A stretch of 64,000 nucleotides of DNA. It comes from Vicugna vicugna (taxonomy: Eukaryota). Under the pieces are notes generated by a model. It did no database searches and was not told the DNA's origin. It saw only the letters and a program-made list of their open reading frames with translations. Shown here piece after piece: positions 49,886 to 64,000 of this stretch (positions are counted from its first letter, which is position 1; every line of letters begins with the position of its first letter). Both the position numbers and the translations under genes were made by a program. The stretch lies in NCBI GenBank assembly GCA_013265495.1, contig MU058687.1, forward strand, positions 1,924,001-1,988,000, written 5' to 3'.

Positions 49886-52800
49886 ATGTCAATTTAAAAA
49901 AGCAGAATTTATACAAAGATTTTTTTTTGTAGGCTTGGGTATGAAAGGAAAGAGTTATTTTTAGTAGCAAAAAATGAAAAAGAAAAATATCCTCATTCCT
50001 CTCCAGTTTTCTAATTAGAGGTTGTCTAGAGTTCAGTGAAACTTTGTATGCCCTGAAGTTCCAAGACACCTGATGCAGTTGCCTGTTTCAAATCTAGACT
50101 CCATCTTTTTCTTCTTCCTGTTTTCGCTGTAACCGCTGGGGGTTTTCTGCCTGGAGGATACCTGTGGCTCAGCCCTGGTAATTAGACTCTTCCTTCCTCT
50201 CTCTAAGAAGAGGAAAAGTCTCTTTGCTTGGTCAATCTGTAAATTTTCAAATAATTTCAAAGAACTTACCTGCCTAATCGTACTGATTAACCAGAAAGAT
50301 GAGCTCTTTGTATGGTTTTACTTGCTCAGAGTTGGTTAGGTTCATGCCTGCTTCTTTCAGGTTGTGAAGGTCAAATTAGGTAATGCACATACAGTGCTTA
50401 GCACACTATCCAGCCCAAGGCACCTCTCAGGAAATGATAAGTACTAGGAGGTTTATGACTGCAGCCCTCTTTTTTTTGTGGTGGTTTTTGTTTTTGTTTT
50501 GGCCACTTTTCATAAATTGGGTTTGGATCACTAGATACATAGTTCACTTAGCAGTTCAGGTTGGCATTACAGTTACAGAGAATTTAACTGGAAGATGGTG
50601 CCATGATGAACATCTGATGTCTGCAGTGAATAACTTTCTCAGGGCAGAGGAACTCTGAGGATTAAACTGGATTTCATCACCTGAGCTTTCACCTTCTGTC
50701 GGTTCAAATGATGCTGCTCTTACACAACCTCAAGAAAAGACCTGGGCACTTTCCATCGTGAAGTGACATTGCCATACACTGAGATTGGGAAAAGTAATCT
50801 TGGGGCAAAAACCTCTCAGGACTGGCCTGTCCTTTGGGTGAGAATTTCTCACTTGGGTCTAGACCACTTTGTAGCTTAGCCTTCATTTATCATATTGTCC
50901 TTTTATTAGTAATAATTACTGCTGACTCCTGACTTTGGAAGAGTTGCTACGTCTCTGTCAATGACAAGCACTAGCCTATTTCAGCCTCAGGGTAACTGTT
51001 GAAGTGGGTGCTATGCTTAATGTCCCGTTTCAGCTATGAGGACACTGAGACTCGGAGGCGTCGGGTGACTTGTCCACAGTCATTCAGCTGATGTCTGACT
51101 CCTCTGGCTGATGGCCTAACCACCACCCAGACTCTCCTACCTGCTGGATAGCTAGATTCACAGACCTCCCAGTAGAGGAAGGCTTCCAGAGGGAGCTGGG
51201 GAACTTGGGGGCTTTCCTCTTGGAATCCTTTTGGAGAGCGAGTAAATTCTCACTTGATCGTCCTTATTCGTCCACTTGTCTGGAGAAGTGTTTGAGTCAC
51301 AACTGTTCCCTTTTTCTTCCTCCTCCGCCCCTCATCCCTTTGGTGTTCCTCCTAGGACGCAGAAGCTCAGCCAGATTCCCTTGCAGGAATCTGAGAAATG
51401 CTGCCGGGCTCATGTTCCCAAATTAGGCCAGTTTCCTCATCCCCCAGCAGCTTCACTCAGCTGGAGCTCCCTTGGCACGTTGCGTGACGTCTCTTGCCCT
51501 CCGCCTGTTCCCGGCTGGTCTGCCAGCGGGCAGTTATTTTCAGCCCACTTAGGGTTATCTGCTGACCCTTTTTGGTGACATTTTTCTTCTTTCTCACAAA
51601 AATAACTTTCCTGATTAGTCACATTTTTCAGCCTTTTTCGTAGTCCCTCTCCAACGGGCTGGATTTAACGATGCTTCTGATAACGTTGCTGGAGAGGGAT
51701 GTGGGAATCCGATGTGGAGCTGTTCACGCGGAATGCATTTTCCACACGTCGTCTGTAGGTCATGCGCCCTTGGGGTGGCAGATGTTCGTCGCTTTTGAAT
51801 TCTCCCTCGGGATGGGCAGATGTTCGTTGCTGATCCATCCCTGGGGCTGCTGCTATATGGGCAGGAGCATCATCCCCCGGGTAGATCACTCAATTAGAAA
51901 TAACCCCTGAAGATTCTGTGGGGGCTCCTTCAGTGCCCCAGCACCACACACTTTAACAGCTCGTACCTCCTTTTACTATGTGTAAAGCTTTCGCTGGCTT
52001 CCTACCAGTCGTGGGAGAAAGGTGGTGCTTGAAATTCTCTCCTTCACCTGTGGGGATGGTTAAGTCAAGGATACACGTGAGTCTTTACTCCATTAAGTTG
52101 GCTATTGTTATGATTATCTGCACAGCTGGAGAAGTAGGAACCATGGTCACTTTGTCTTTAATCCCAGCTCTACCAATTACTCGGTGTGTATCCTGGGCAA
52201 CTTGATCCCTCTCAGCCTGTTCTCTGTTGACTGGAGGTGATGGGAGTAACTATCTCCCAGGGTTGTTGGAGGATTAAATAAGATAATGTATAAAGCTCTT
52301 AGGACAGTGCCCGCCACATGCTGTTATTATTATCTGTCATATGAGAGTGAGGAGGTCTTATCAGTTACCTTCAACTGCAGTTCTGTTCAAGATACAGAGA
52401 TATTATTATTACATGGAACTAACTGGCTCTTAGGGCAAAGAAACATTTGGATGAGGAGTCCTTTTGGTGAGGATTCTTTGTGCCACTAAAGACCCATTTT
52501 ATTTGTCTCCTTGACCAGTTATTTGCAAATACCTTTTCATAATCGAACCCTCTGACTAGAGGTAGGCAGTCTTTCCAAAGAATAATCCTTAATTGCTGAC
52601 TTAACATCATTTACTCTTCTGGGGGCATATGGATAGAAAATGAAAAGAGCACAAGTGTCCTTGGTGACCTCAGTGACCTTGGAGTAGAAGGTAACATCCG
52701 TTCATTTGCTCATTCATTCAGTTATGAAATTTGAGAGCTTTCTGTGTGCCAGGCCTCGTGCTTAAAACTGGCAATACAATGATAAAGCAGACATGCTCCC

Positions 52801-54179
52801 TGTCCTAGAACCTTGATCTGGGGGCTGCAGAGAATTAAGTGCCAGGTGGGGTGAACAGAGAGATATGAGAATGCCTTCATTGAGCCCTTTTACTCATAGG
52901 GACATCTGGAAAGTTTGTCTAGGAAAAAATCATGTTTGAGTTGAGACTTGAAGGATGAGTAGAAGTTAACCAAGGGAAAGGCGGGTGTTAAGGGCGGGGG
53001 AGAATATTTCACGTAGACTGATGAGAATGTGCCAGGTTTTGGAGGTGAGGGAGAGAGCATGACATGTAGGATTTGTTAGTGGAGCAGTTGACCGTTCAGG
53101 TGATGGAGTAGTGGTCCTCAGTGACTTTTACAAGCAATGAAATGGTTTTTTAAGTATTTGAAAACCAGCCCCTTGCCTTTTTTGACAAATGAATCATATG
53201 AGGCCAACATTCCTTATATAACACTGAAATAATTGGTAATGTTACGAGGATTAGTTAGACTGTGACCTTTCGGTATTTTTCTAGCTGTGTCTTTCATTGA
53301 TGCATCTTCAGTGCAGCCATTACACTTTTTTCTCTATGCGTTTGTGTTTTCTGGTCAAGAAGACCTCTGAAATGTGCTCGAGTACAGCAGTGATGGCTTC
53401 AGACTCTTCTGGCTCATCCTTTGTAAGGAAGGGCTTAGGAGACCTGCAGTTTGCATTGTTCCTCCTTAATTTATGTGCTGAACATTCCTAGCTTCCTCTG
53501 AGGATGGGTTGTATGCGTGTGTGTGTATATGTGTATCTGTGTCTGTGTCTGTATCTGTATCTATATTAGATCCTAGTAACTCTAGGAAAGAAATCTGCCC
53601 ATTATGAAAGTAACATTGAATTATTCCTGATCTGATAGGTTTTAGAAAATATCTTTTGATGTCACAAAATAAGAGACTAAGTCACCCAGATTCTACTAAT
53701 TACAAGTGTATGCTGGATGCTTAATGAAAGTATGTGTAAATGAATCAACAACATAAGCCCCATTAGTGCCTGTGACCTATTACTATTGCGTTGCCTCAAG
53801 AAAGATGAGAACCCGCATCTCGGTCTTCTCAGTGTTCCTAATTTGCATTACTAGAACACACACGTGATTGACAACCACAGGTCATGTCTGTTTACGATTT
53901 GGAATGGGTCAAATTCTATCGTAATATTGGAATTTGGTTTGACTCCTGCTTGGAGTATGTAGACTGCTGGCTTATGTTCAGAAATCTTTTTTGTTTTGTT
54001 TTGTTTTGTTTTTGGTATGTGAACATTTTCATGGTAATGATACTTTTGTTGTAATGAGAATTGACTTATATTTAGGCAGTGTTCCCAGAGCAAAGACTTC
54101 TTAGACTCTTTGGCTGTAAATGGCATTCTGTTAGGGAAAAAAAGAATAAATTGAGTGTTAGAGAAATGGTTTAAGTCAC

Positions 54180-57020
54180 TGTTAACTCACCTGGACTGAG
54201 ACAGTTGCTTCCTAACTGGCCCCTCCTTTTATATTCTTGCTCTCCTGCAGTGTAGCCAGAGTAGTCTTATAAAAATGTGCATCATTCATTTCACACCCAA
54301 AACCCTTTAATGGACACTCATTGCCCTTAGGGAAAAGAAAAATCCCAAATGCTTACTTTGCCCCTTTGTGATTTGGGCCTTGCGTGCGTCTCCAGCCTCA
54401 TTTCACACCTGCTACCTTGTTGCTGGTCACAGGGAGTCTTTACTTTGCTTATGCAGTTCCCGACTTTTTCTAGTTCCCGGGAATGCTGTCATTCCATGGA
54501 GCAGTACAGAACAGAGCAGAGTATTCCCTGGAATGCTCACCCACACTTTCTCCTGGGCTGACTCCTACTTCTGCAGGTTCAGCTTGAATGTCCTCTTCTA
54601 TTTAGATGAGGATGTTACCTTGTCATTTAAGTCAGCTCCCCATATTACACTCTCTTGTAGCATCTTTTGTTGTTGTTTTGTTTTCTTTTTCACCTTTTCC
54701 CCTTTACCGCAGCTGCGGTTTGTAACTGTAGGTGTCATTATTTAGGTCCATCTCCCTCACTGATTATAAGCTCCAGGGGCGCCTGTTCTGCTCCCCCAAG
54801 CCTGGCACTTAGTAGGTCATCACTAAGTATTCATCCGATGAATGAGGACCAGTGTAGGGGATGACGTGTTCGTTGCAGGAGCAGATTAGTTTGAGGTGCC
54901 TGTGAGACTCCTAGCTGGAGATGTCTGGGAGGCTGTGACGTGTGGAACCCGTGCTTTGGACTGGGCTCAGCTGGAGCCAGAGATCTGGGAGTCGTTAGTA
55001 CTGAGGTGGCAGATGGGAGCCCAGCTCTGTAAGGGAGAGTTTGTAGAGTAAGAAGAGAAGACGCCCTTGGACAGAAACTGAGGAACACCTGGGATAAGGA
55101 ACACACAGCCAAGGAATAGCTCACTAAAGGAGACTGAGAGAAGTGGCCAGAGGGGAGAGAGGAAACCGGGCACCTGTGGTGTCCAGATCCAAGATAAGAG
55201 AGCATCAAGGACTCAGGGGTCAAGAGTGTTTGATGCCACCAAGAGGGTGCAGGAAAGCAAGGCTCTCCCTCCAGAGCGGAGCACCGTCTGTTTGATTTAG
55301 CAATAGGGGGTCCCTGCTCTTTCAGGGAAGCAGGCAGAGAGGGGGCCATGTGCACCTGGCACAGAACCACACACCAGGCAGGTCCTCAGTACGTATTCAT
55401 TGAAAGGATTCAACAAATAGATTATGACACGCATGTGCTCACCACCAAATGGAAAAGGCCTCCCCGTCTCCCTCCCAGATCTCTTTTTGCCTTTTCCTGT
55501 TAGCATGCCTTCCTCTGTTTCTCCTTTTTCCTCTCCTCTTTCTCTTTATCCTGCATCTCTTCCTGTTTTTTATTCTTCACCAGTAATAACAGAGAACTCC
55601 CTCCCCCATACCCCCTTTTGCCCATCCATTCGTATATGTCTTTATCGATGTATTTATAAGAATTCTATTCCTTCTTTCATTTATTCACTTATTTATTCTA
55701 CATTTAGTATTCACTTTCCAATGCAAAAATGAATAAGGTAACTTCATATTCTTGTTATGAAGGACCACACACTTAGAAAAAATTATAATACTTCAGTGGT
55801 TTCAGAGAGTGGGAGCACCGAAGGAGCAACCAACCCTGCCTGGGACTCAGGGAAGGTGTCCTGAAGGAGGAGACCCTTGAGGTGGGTTGAAATGAATGAG
55901 GAGGATTTGCCAACGAGAAGGAAGGGCAGCGGGAAAACCCTGTTGTAAGGCACGCAGGGGCTGGTGTTTTCAGGGCACATCGATCAACTGAGTGTCTTGG
56001 GAATGAAGGCCTTGCATTCCAAGTGGAGGAGCCGGGGTTTATTTTATGTGTTGTAGGGATTCCACAAAGATTATAAAGTGGGGAATGTCTATATTGACTT
56101 TGTTTTCTAGGAAGGTAAATCTGGCAGGATAATTCTGGCGTATAGTCTAGAGTGCGAGAGCGTGTTGGCAGGGAGACCAGCGGGAGGCGGTTGGAGCATC
56201 TCCTCCTAAGATGATGAAGTTTGAACCAGGCAGTGTTCCCAAACTTCAGGCATTCCTAGGCCGTTTTTTACAGCTTGGCATATCTGCATCCCACTCTCAT
56301 TATTGTTAACTTAACATTTTTCTTTAAATCAGCTCCCTTTTTATACTTAAATACATTTATTTGTGAAAAGAAACTACAGTTTGTGATAGTTATATTTTTC
56401 ATAAGACACATTAAAATAACACACATGACTATTTTTAAGAGGCACATTTGTGTGCCACCTCCAATCTTCTTGCTTACACCAGTGGTATAAGTACTTTACT
56501 TTAGGAAACAATGAACCAAAGTCTGACAGAGGGATAGAGAGGAGAGGGCAGTGCCCAGAGACATTTTTCAGGAGGGATGCATAAGATGTGGTAACAGGTT
56601 GGCTGTTGGGGGTCGGAGGAAAGGAGTGGCCCCCATGTGTAGCTGAAAAGACTGAATGGATAATGATATTTCCAAGACTGAAAATTTAGGGGTCTCAGCA
56701 GTTGGAGAGATGCTGAGAAGAGATGAATTTTTCCATTTTGGGCATATTGAATGTGAGTTACCTGCAGGATTTTCAAAGCAGTGTGTCAAGTAAACACTTG
56801 AAAATTTGGTCTGGAGTTTAAAAGAGAAAGTTGAAAACTAGTATTAACAGATGTGGGAGTTACCAGCATGTATTCTGGGGTCTCTAAGAAGAACATATGT
56901 GGAGAACTTCTGATTCCCTTGTGTGGCACCCAGGCCTTTATTATTTCCAGGTGCAAATGTGTGAGAGTTTTAAGCAGAGAAGAGATACAATGAGATTTGC
57001 ATTTTTGAAAGAGCACCTTG
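54180..57020. mobile_element. Cluster of L2 fragments in both orientations with interspersed DNA-transposon remnants
   Basis: L2 motifs 'cctggcacttagtaggtcatcactaagtattcatccgatgaatga', 'ttgaggtgcctgtgagactcctagctggagatgtc', 'tttgggcatattgaatgtgagttacctg'. Confidence 0.55.
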
Positions 57021-58359
57021 GGAGTAACTGGTCAGGGATGGCTCCAGGTTTTGTGGGTCCTGAAACTTATACAATTTAGAGAACTTCCTTAAGAAAAATA
57101 GTTCAAAATTATGAATTCAAAAATGAGATTTAAAGGTAAATTCTTATTTGTAATGAGAAAAGAAATCACAGCCAAGTTACCAGGCCTTGGATACTCAGAT
57201 TCCTTGCATGGAGTTCTTGTTAGGCAATGCACCAGAAGTGCTTGCAGAGACATGCCTCTTGATTGAGCCCTGGCTTCTCCATGTCTAGAACTCTCTAACT
57301 CCTAGGAGTCTGTGCAGGTGTGGAATATAGATTGGAGGAAGGTGAGACTGGAAGCAGAGAGCCTGGGTAGGACCCAGCTGAGAGGAAGCAGAACATGACC
57401 TTCTGAAACCTTAATTGGTTGTGCAGTTTTTTCCAACAGCCCTCAGCCCTTAGACATTGACAACGGTGAAGGCATATGGTTGGCTTGATCCAGGTTTGAG
57501 GAGTTCTAGAGGAAATGTAGGGAATGAAGACCATCAGGACTTTGGAAGTGAGCTGGGTTGATAGTGAAGGAAGAGAAACCAAGAAGGAAGTTCTTAGATC
57601 AGGAGGGGAGAAGGGGACTAAATATTTCATATTGGAGCAGTTCCAGATTATAGTGAGTTTGAAAAAGTAACAAGTTTATTGGCATTTCAAGGGTCAGGGA
57701 ACTATGAGACTAAGCATTAGATGAATTGTTTATGTGAATATTGACTTGACTTAGCACGATGGTGACTAGTTGTGGAGCAGAAATGCCCAAGTTTTTGATC
57801 AGTGTGTGCTCAGACAATTATTAGTGACAGGGATGAGGAAGGGAAGAGAGGTGATGTGGCTGAACAGTATGAGTTTCAAAAGAAATGGTCCACAATAATT
57901 TGAAAGAGTAATGGTCTTGAGGAACTTTGGGGAGTGAGGTTGGAGGATTATCTCGGGCCCCTGGTTTGTGGGATTTAAAGAATGAGCAGGCTCCACGTGA
58001 AAGAGCTGCAAGAGAAATGAAGTCCATGGGGAAAGGCCAGGATTTAGGGGCGGCAAGGAGATGGAAAGAGTGGGCTGTGAACAGAGAATATCCAATCTGC
58101 TTGGGAACCATGAGACTGTGATCAGAAAGCCCCATTGAAATCATTAGCTAGGCTAGATTTCTTCTCATTATGTAGCATGTCCATAATTACTGAGAAGGAG
58201 CAGAATGATAGTAAAATATTCTTTTAAAAATGATACTTCACAGGAGAACAGTACTGACTAATGCTGAATGTCATTGGTGATAGACTGAAACATTTCTGGT
58301 CACATGCCTTTACCCAACATAATAGAGAATTATGTCACTGTGTTTGGCTGATTGCTTTT

Positions 58360-60480
58360 GTATTCCATTTTGATCCCTCTGTGGACTTTCAAGGTATAGC
58401 TTTTTATACTATTTTTTTAGTGGTTGCTCTGGGGATTAGAATATGCATCCTTAACTTACCACTGGCTGGATAGTGTTAGTGTTATTATACTGCTTCACAC
58501 AAAATGTAAGACCCTTGCCGTCATATAAATCCATTTGTCCCCTTTCATCCTTTGTGCTAGTCATGTTATGTACTTTAAAACTACATACTTTGTAAATCCC
58601 ACAGTATAACTGTTACTTTAATTTAAATTTAATTTAAATAGTGGTCACTTAGAGAAATTAAGAATAAAAGATAGTCTTTTATTTTCACCTATATGCTTAC
58701 CATTATAATTGTTCCTTATTTCCTTTTGTAGATCCGGATTTCCATCTGGTGACATTTCTCTTTAGCCTGAAGAACTCCCTTTAGCATTTCTTATGGTACA
58801 GACTTGCCAAGAACAACTTCCTTATTTGCTCTATCTGAAAATATTTTTATCTCACCCTCATTTTGAAGGATATTTTCTATCAACACAGAATCCTGGATTG
58901 AGAATTTTTTTCTTTCAGTATTTGAAAGATTGTCGTTCCTTTGTCTTCTGGCCTTCATTGTTTCTGATGATTGTTCTCCTGTAAGTCTTCTCCTCCCTCT
59001 GTTGCTTTAAAGACTTGGTTTTCAGCAGTGTGACTGTGGCGTCCCTAGGTGATCTGCTTTGTATTTGTTCTGCTTGGAGTTTGCTGAGGTTTTTAGGTCA
59101 ATAAGTTAGTATGTCTCAGCAAATTTGGGAATTTTAGGCCATTACTTACTCCTAATATTTTTTCTGCCCCATTTTCTCTCCCCCTGCTCCTGGGACTCCA
59201 GTTGCTGATATGTTAGACTGCTTGATATTATCCCATAGGTTTGTCCTCTGTTTTTTGTCCCTGAAGCATTGTGAATTTTCCCCTTTCCTTTATCTTTTTG
59301 TTCATCAAATTGGATATTTTCTGTTGATCTGTCTTAAGGCTCACTGATTATTTCTTCTGCTGTCTTCAAGCTGAACTTTTCATTTCTAAACTTTTAAAAA
59401 TTCATTACTGAATTTTAAAATTCTAAATTTCCATTTTTTAAATGTAGCTTCTGTCTCTCTGTTAGATTTCCCCATTTGTTCATTCATTGTGACCATCTTT
59501 GCTTTTAAGTTCTTAAACATATTTATAATAGCTGCTTTAAAACTTATCTGTTAATTCCATCTAAGTCATCTTGGGGTCAGTTTTTATTGTTTTTGCTTTT
59601 GACTATAGGTCATGTTTTCATGTTTCTTCTCATGTCTAATAATTTTTGTTGATATGCAGGACATTGTGGATAATTCACTGCTGAAACTCTGCATTATGTT
59701 ACCTTTCTTTGAAAAGTGTTGATTTTTTTTAAAGCAGGCAGTTTAATTATTTACAAATTACCTTAAATTTATGAAGACTTGGTTTTAGGCTTTGTTAGGT
59801 CAGGTCTATTTTGGTTTTGTCTTTAGTCCCAGAGCAAATCCTGTTGTTCAAGGACATCGTCTCTACTCCTGAGCTGTGGCTTTACTGGGGTTTCAGTGGA
59901 AAACCCAAGGTGTGTACCAAGTACCTCCAACTTGGTAGAACTCACATTCCCATCTCTGTCTTCCCTACAGTGAGCAGCAGCTGGAATCTTATCTCCATTC
60001 AGCTTTTTTTTGTTTTTTTTTTTGCCCTTCAGCAGTTGCTTTTCACTGGGTTTCTTGGAGTCTTCTCCATGCATGTGCAGTTCAGGTATTGACTAAAGGT
60101 TTTGGGGGTGTTTATATGCAGATTTGGGGCTCCTTCCTTCCCAGGATTTCACCCTCCCATTTTTAGTGACTCTGGCAGCCCCAAATTTGTCATCAAACCA
60201 ATAAAACTACAGCTTTCTGCTTGAATTCTAGTTGCTCAGTTGCTGCCCAGACTGAAGAATGCACTCAAAGGGAAAATCCATTTAAACATGGATTTTTACC
60301 CAGTGCAGTTCTTTTCTTTCAAGGTCAAATCCCCTCCAGTTTCTGCTACTACTTTTGTTTATACTCCAGTGCCTTTAGATAGTTGTTTTATATATTTTGT
60401 CTAGAGTTTATACTTGGCATCTGTGTGAAGGTTAGTTGAATATAAACTGCCCCCCCATTACTGGATCCAGAACCTGCCAA
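58360..60480 (-). mobile_element. Ancient L1 fragment, antisense
   Basis: T-rich + strand. 'ttagcctgaagaactccctttagcatttctt', 'cattttgaaggatatttt', 'ctcctgggactccagtt...tgttagactgcttgatattatcccatagg'. Confidence 0.7.
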
Positions 60481-60794
60481 TTGCTTTTGAAGTGGTTCAG
60501 AATACACTGTGGTTTTCTTCAAGTGGTACTGTTGACAAGAAGAGAATGAGACTGATTGTTGCAGAAACAGATTGTCGATTTTCTCCTGGGATAACTGACA
60601 GGGGCATTCAGGTACATCAGCTATTGAGACAGAAAGTGTTCTGACGTCAGTGGTGATTTGGTGGTCATGATCAGAATCATGGGCATGAAGGAGACCCAGA
60701 GACCTGGGATTCAGTCACCAGGATGTAAGTGCTCAACCTTGTAGGGTCTGTGCTGTGCACTCTGAAAAGTTAATCTAGGAAGGACTCTAGAGCT

Positions 60795-61460
60795 ATAGAT
60801 ACAGAGAACAAACAGATATTTGCCAGAGGGGACGGTGGAGAAGGAGGAAATAAATAGGTGAGGGAGACTGAGGTACCAACTTCCGACTCCAAAATAAATG
60901 AGTCAAGGGATGAAGTGTACAGTGTGTGGAATGAAGTCAATAACTATGTAATATCTTTGTATGGTGACAAATGGTAAGTAGACTTACCATGGTGATCATT
61001 TAAAAATGTATAGAAATGTCAAATCACTATGTTGTGTAACAGGAACTAACCTAAGTCAATAATACTTCAAAAACAAACTCATAGAAAAAGAGATCAGATT
61101 TGTGGGTTCCAGAGGCGGTGGGGGGGGTTGGATGAAGGCAGTCAAAAGGTGTGAACTTCCAGTTCTAAGATAGGAAAGTACTAGGCATTTAATGTACCAC
61201 ATGATAAATATAATTAACTCCACTGTATGTAACATATTAAGGTTGTTAAGAGAGTAAATCCTGAGAATTCTTATCACAAGAAAAACAAAATTTTTTCTAT
61301 TTCTTTAATTTTGTGCTTATGTGAGATGGTATTCCCTCAATTTGTGATAATCACGTCATGATGTGTATAAATCAAATCATTATGCTGTACACCTTTAACT
61401 TGTACAGTGCTGTACATCAATTACATCTCAATAAAAGCTGGAAGGAAAAAAAAAAAAGAC
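60795..61460 (+). mobile_element. L1 (L1MA-like) 3' UTR with poly(A) tail
   Basis: 'atacagagaacaaacagatatttgccagagggg' ... 'caattacatctcaataaaagctggaaggaaaaaaaaaaaag'. Same family as the antisense copy at 1682-2220. Confidence 0.75.
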
Positions 61461-63742
61461 AGGCTTCTAGAGTTCAGGAGGTTGGCAGTGCGCTGTATTC
61501 TAGGCAGGAGGTCTTCTGTGCAGCCTCAAGCTGATCAGGAGAATGTGCGGATTCAGTGTACCCAGGCCATACCTTTTGTGTCAGGCCATTGTCACCTAGG
61601 AGCAGTAGAGTGGATGGCCTTCAGCCTTTCTTGTTTGAGAAAGGGTGGAAGAGGGCCTGAGAAATCAACCTTGGGCTTGGACTGATAATGCTGAAAAAGA
61701 GGTAGAGTCTAGCACATTTTAACACTGGCCTAGGGGGGTGTTTTTACCAAAATGAGAAAACCAAGAACCATGTAGTACATTTTTCAAAACAAAGTTTATT
61801 CAGTTTAAAGGACCATTCTGTATTCTGGTTTGTGTCCTTCCTACTTTGGGAAGATTGAAAAGATCCCATCTTTAATGAAATGGTGGTGAGAAAAAATAGT
61901 GGGTTTTTTTTTTAAAGATTCTTAACAAAATTAAAAACTCTGTTAACTCTGTACCACCAACCACATCCCACCACCACCACCACCCACTTCCCCCATACAA
62001 AACTTGTTTTTCCAAGTATTGGCTGTCCATGAAATCTAGAAGTTTAAGAAATACAGTTCTAGAAGTTTAAAACCATTTTTTAAGGATTACTGGGGACACT
62101 GGAAATGCTGTGAAGGGTATAGTGAGGTGTGTGCTGACTTGCCAGCCACGACCTTGCTCTCCACTTAGAGCATCTTCTCCTCTCACCTCCGCAGCCACGG
62201 CAGGATAAAGGGCTGCAGCACAAGACCTGTGACGTCTGCCGTCTCAGTGTGGTGAACGGGGTGGGTGGATCCCGGTGTTCCTCTCTCTGACCTACATCTC
62301 ATGGACAGGCGCCACCAGCTTGGAGGTTGATACTTCTCCCGGTCCCCCTCCACTTCTTTTCCATCATCACCCTTGAGTTGTCTTAGGAGAGAACAGGTTT
62401 CTTAAAGCAGCAAGGTTACAGATTGCTCCTTTGCTCTCCACTTGCCCGACGTTATTCCACTCTGGATTTGGTTGAGGGAGCGAGTCTAGACTGTGCTTGT
62501 ACAAAGTCACAGGTACCGGGGTGGGTTGCTTCTTGGAGTGCTGGGCATTTACACCTTCAGTGTTGTGCGTATTTCTGGTTACACACGTGCCGGATGGGTT
62601 TTTTTTAACAAACTGAAAGGAGTTAAGAGAATGACAAAAACATAGATTTTGATTTATGATGAAAGTTGAAAGGAATGTTTGTTTTGGCTGAACTGCAGAA
62701 AGTATAGGGGAACAGGGCATTTCTTTATAAGTGTCTGGGAGGTGTAGACCCGAGAGAGCTGATTTCGGATGACCCGACAGGATATAACTGAGATTAAGAG
62801 GATGCCATCCAAGGTAGGAAAATCCAGGATGAGTTTTAAGAATGATTTTTGGGGCTGAAATCTGTTCTCTCTAGATTAGCCTCTTAACAGATTGCTGGCA
62901 GCCCTGTCTCATGAGTCATTTGAAGTGGGCAGTTTGATGACTCTGTACTGAGATATGGGATATGGGTCTTTTTATTACAGGGTATGTGGGAATATTGGGG
63001 GAAGTGTGACACCACAGAGAAATTGCCAGACACTGTGGTTGTCCTTAATGTCACATTTATTTCTCAGTGAGTGGAGGAATTGTGGTTTCCTCCTCTTGGT
63101 TCAGGCAACTTTAAAGGATTCTCTCTCTTCAGCGAAGCTGGAATAGATAACAATTGGATCCCAGGGGGTGAAACTGTGCAGGGCAGTCCCAAATAAAAGG
63201 TTATACAGTGTTTACCACCCCCCCCAACTTCCTGTTGTCTCAACCCTGAGCATTAAAGCTTTTATTCCTCCAAAGGCTACATTTCATGACTATGTTCATT
63301 TCCAGTAAACAATATAGTATCCACTATCACCACCACTTACTAAATGTCCACTCTGTGTCCGAAATTGCCTCCAATGTTTACAATGGGTCTGTAAGAGGAC
63401 TCATGACCATTTTCGTTTTGTGCACGAGGAAAAGAGGCTTTGTGAAGGTGTGGCTGGCCCAAGGCTACATAGCTAGAAAGTGACAGCTCTAGAGTCTGAG
63501 CCCAGGACTGCCCATCCTTTTCCTCTCCTCCTCCCTCCCCTCCCCGTTAAACTATAGCTTCCCCCTTTACTTCTTTCTGGCAAACTCCACTTCCCTGCCA
63601 ACTATTAGTCACTCATTCTTCAAAGCTACTGCACTATTGGTTTGAGGAGCATATCTGTGTCCTGCAGTAAAGACACAGCTACTTTCTAAGTACAAAGATT
63701 TTTATTTCATTCAGTCTAACACAATTTGGCCCAGTGCTGACT

Positions 63743-64000
63743 CTGTTATAGTTTATTTTTGATATTGTTGCAGAAAAAATGTGTTACAGCTCAGTGTTAC
63801 AGCTCAGTTGTGACATAAGCCATTTCCCGGGCAAGAGATCTAGCAGCACTTGGAGAGTTGGAGAACTCAGGTTTATTATGCCAGCAGGCATAGTTAACAC
63901 TCCAAGCTCTGGACCCCGTCTATAGGTTTACACAGGCTTTTATAGGCTGCCAGTTTACACTTTGCAACATCATATGCAAATAAGGTGTAAAAAAAGTTGA
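63743..64000 (-). mobile_element. ERV LTR 3' part, antisense, truncated by the window end
   Basis: Begins 'tgttatag' (..CA end on -). Poly(A) signal as 'tttatt' (~63872), TATA as 'cttttatag' (~63937), internal repeat gtgttacagctca x2 (63781-63806). Confidence 0.55.

Noticed and set aside
54831..55370. Longest ORF in the track (179 aa, -)
   Set aside because: Lies in L2-derived sequence, is Ser/Pro/Leu-rich and has no recognisable domain.

Overview
Mammalian (artiodactyl, most likely camelid) genomic DNA carrying the conserved TTLL5 > < TGFB3 < > IFT43 arrangement. It contains the terminal exon and 3' UTR of TTLL5 (+, 14925-~15580) and the complete 7-exon TGFB3 gene (-, CDS 37843-19333, 411 aa, all introns GT-AG, frame intact). 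It also contains coding exons 1-2 of IFT43 (+, 42931-42984 and 45672-45764), divergent from TGFB3 across ~4 kb. The rest is intronic or intergenic and dense in old L1, L2, MIR, MaLR/ERV LTR and hAT remnants, plus two tRNA-Ala-derived SINEs of the camelid vic-1 type. I see no new multi-gene system. The most interesting signal is an apparent rewiring of TGFB3 relative to the human gene as I recall it: (i) the overlapping upstream ORF is in frame here, giving a 45-aa N-terminal extension; (ii) the CRE/AP-2/TCCC block beside the TATA box appears deleted; (iii) the prodomain has a second RGD; (iv) the mature cytokine has four substitutions. All human and pig comparisons are from memory and need alignment. 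Repeat boundaries and family names are by eye and approximate.
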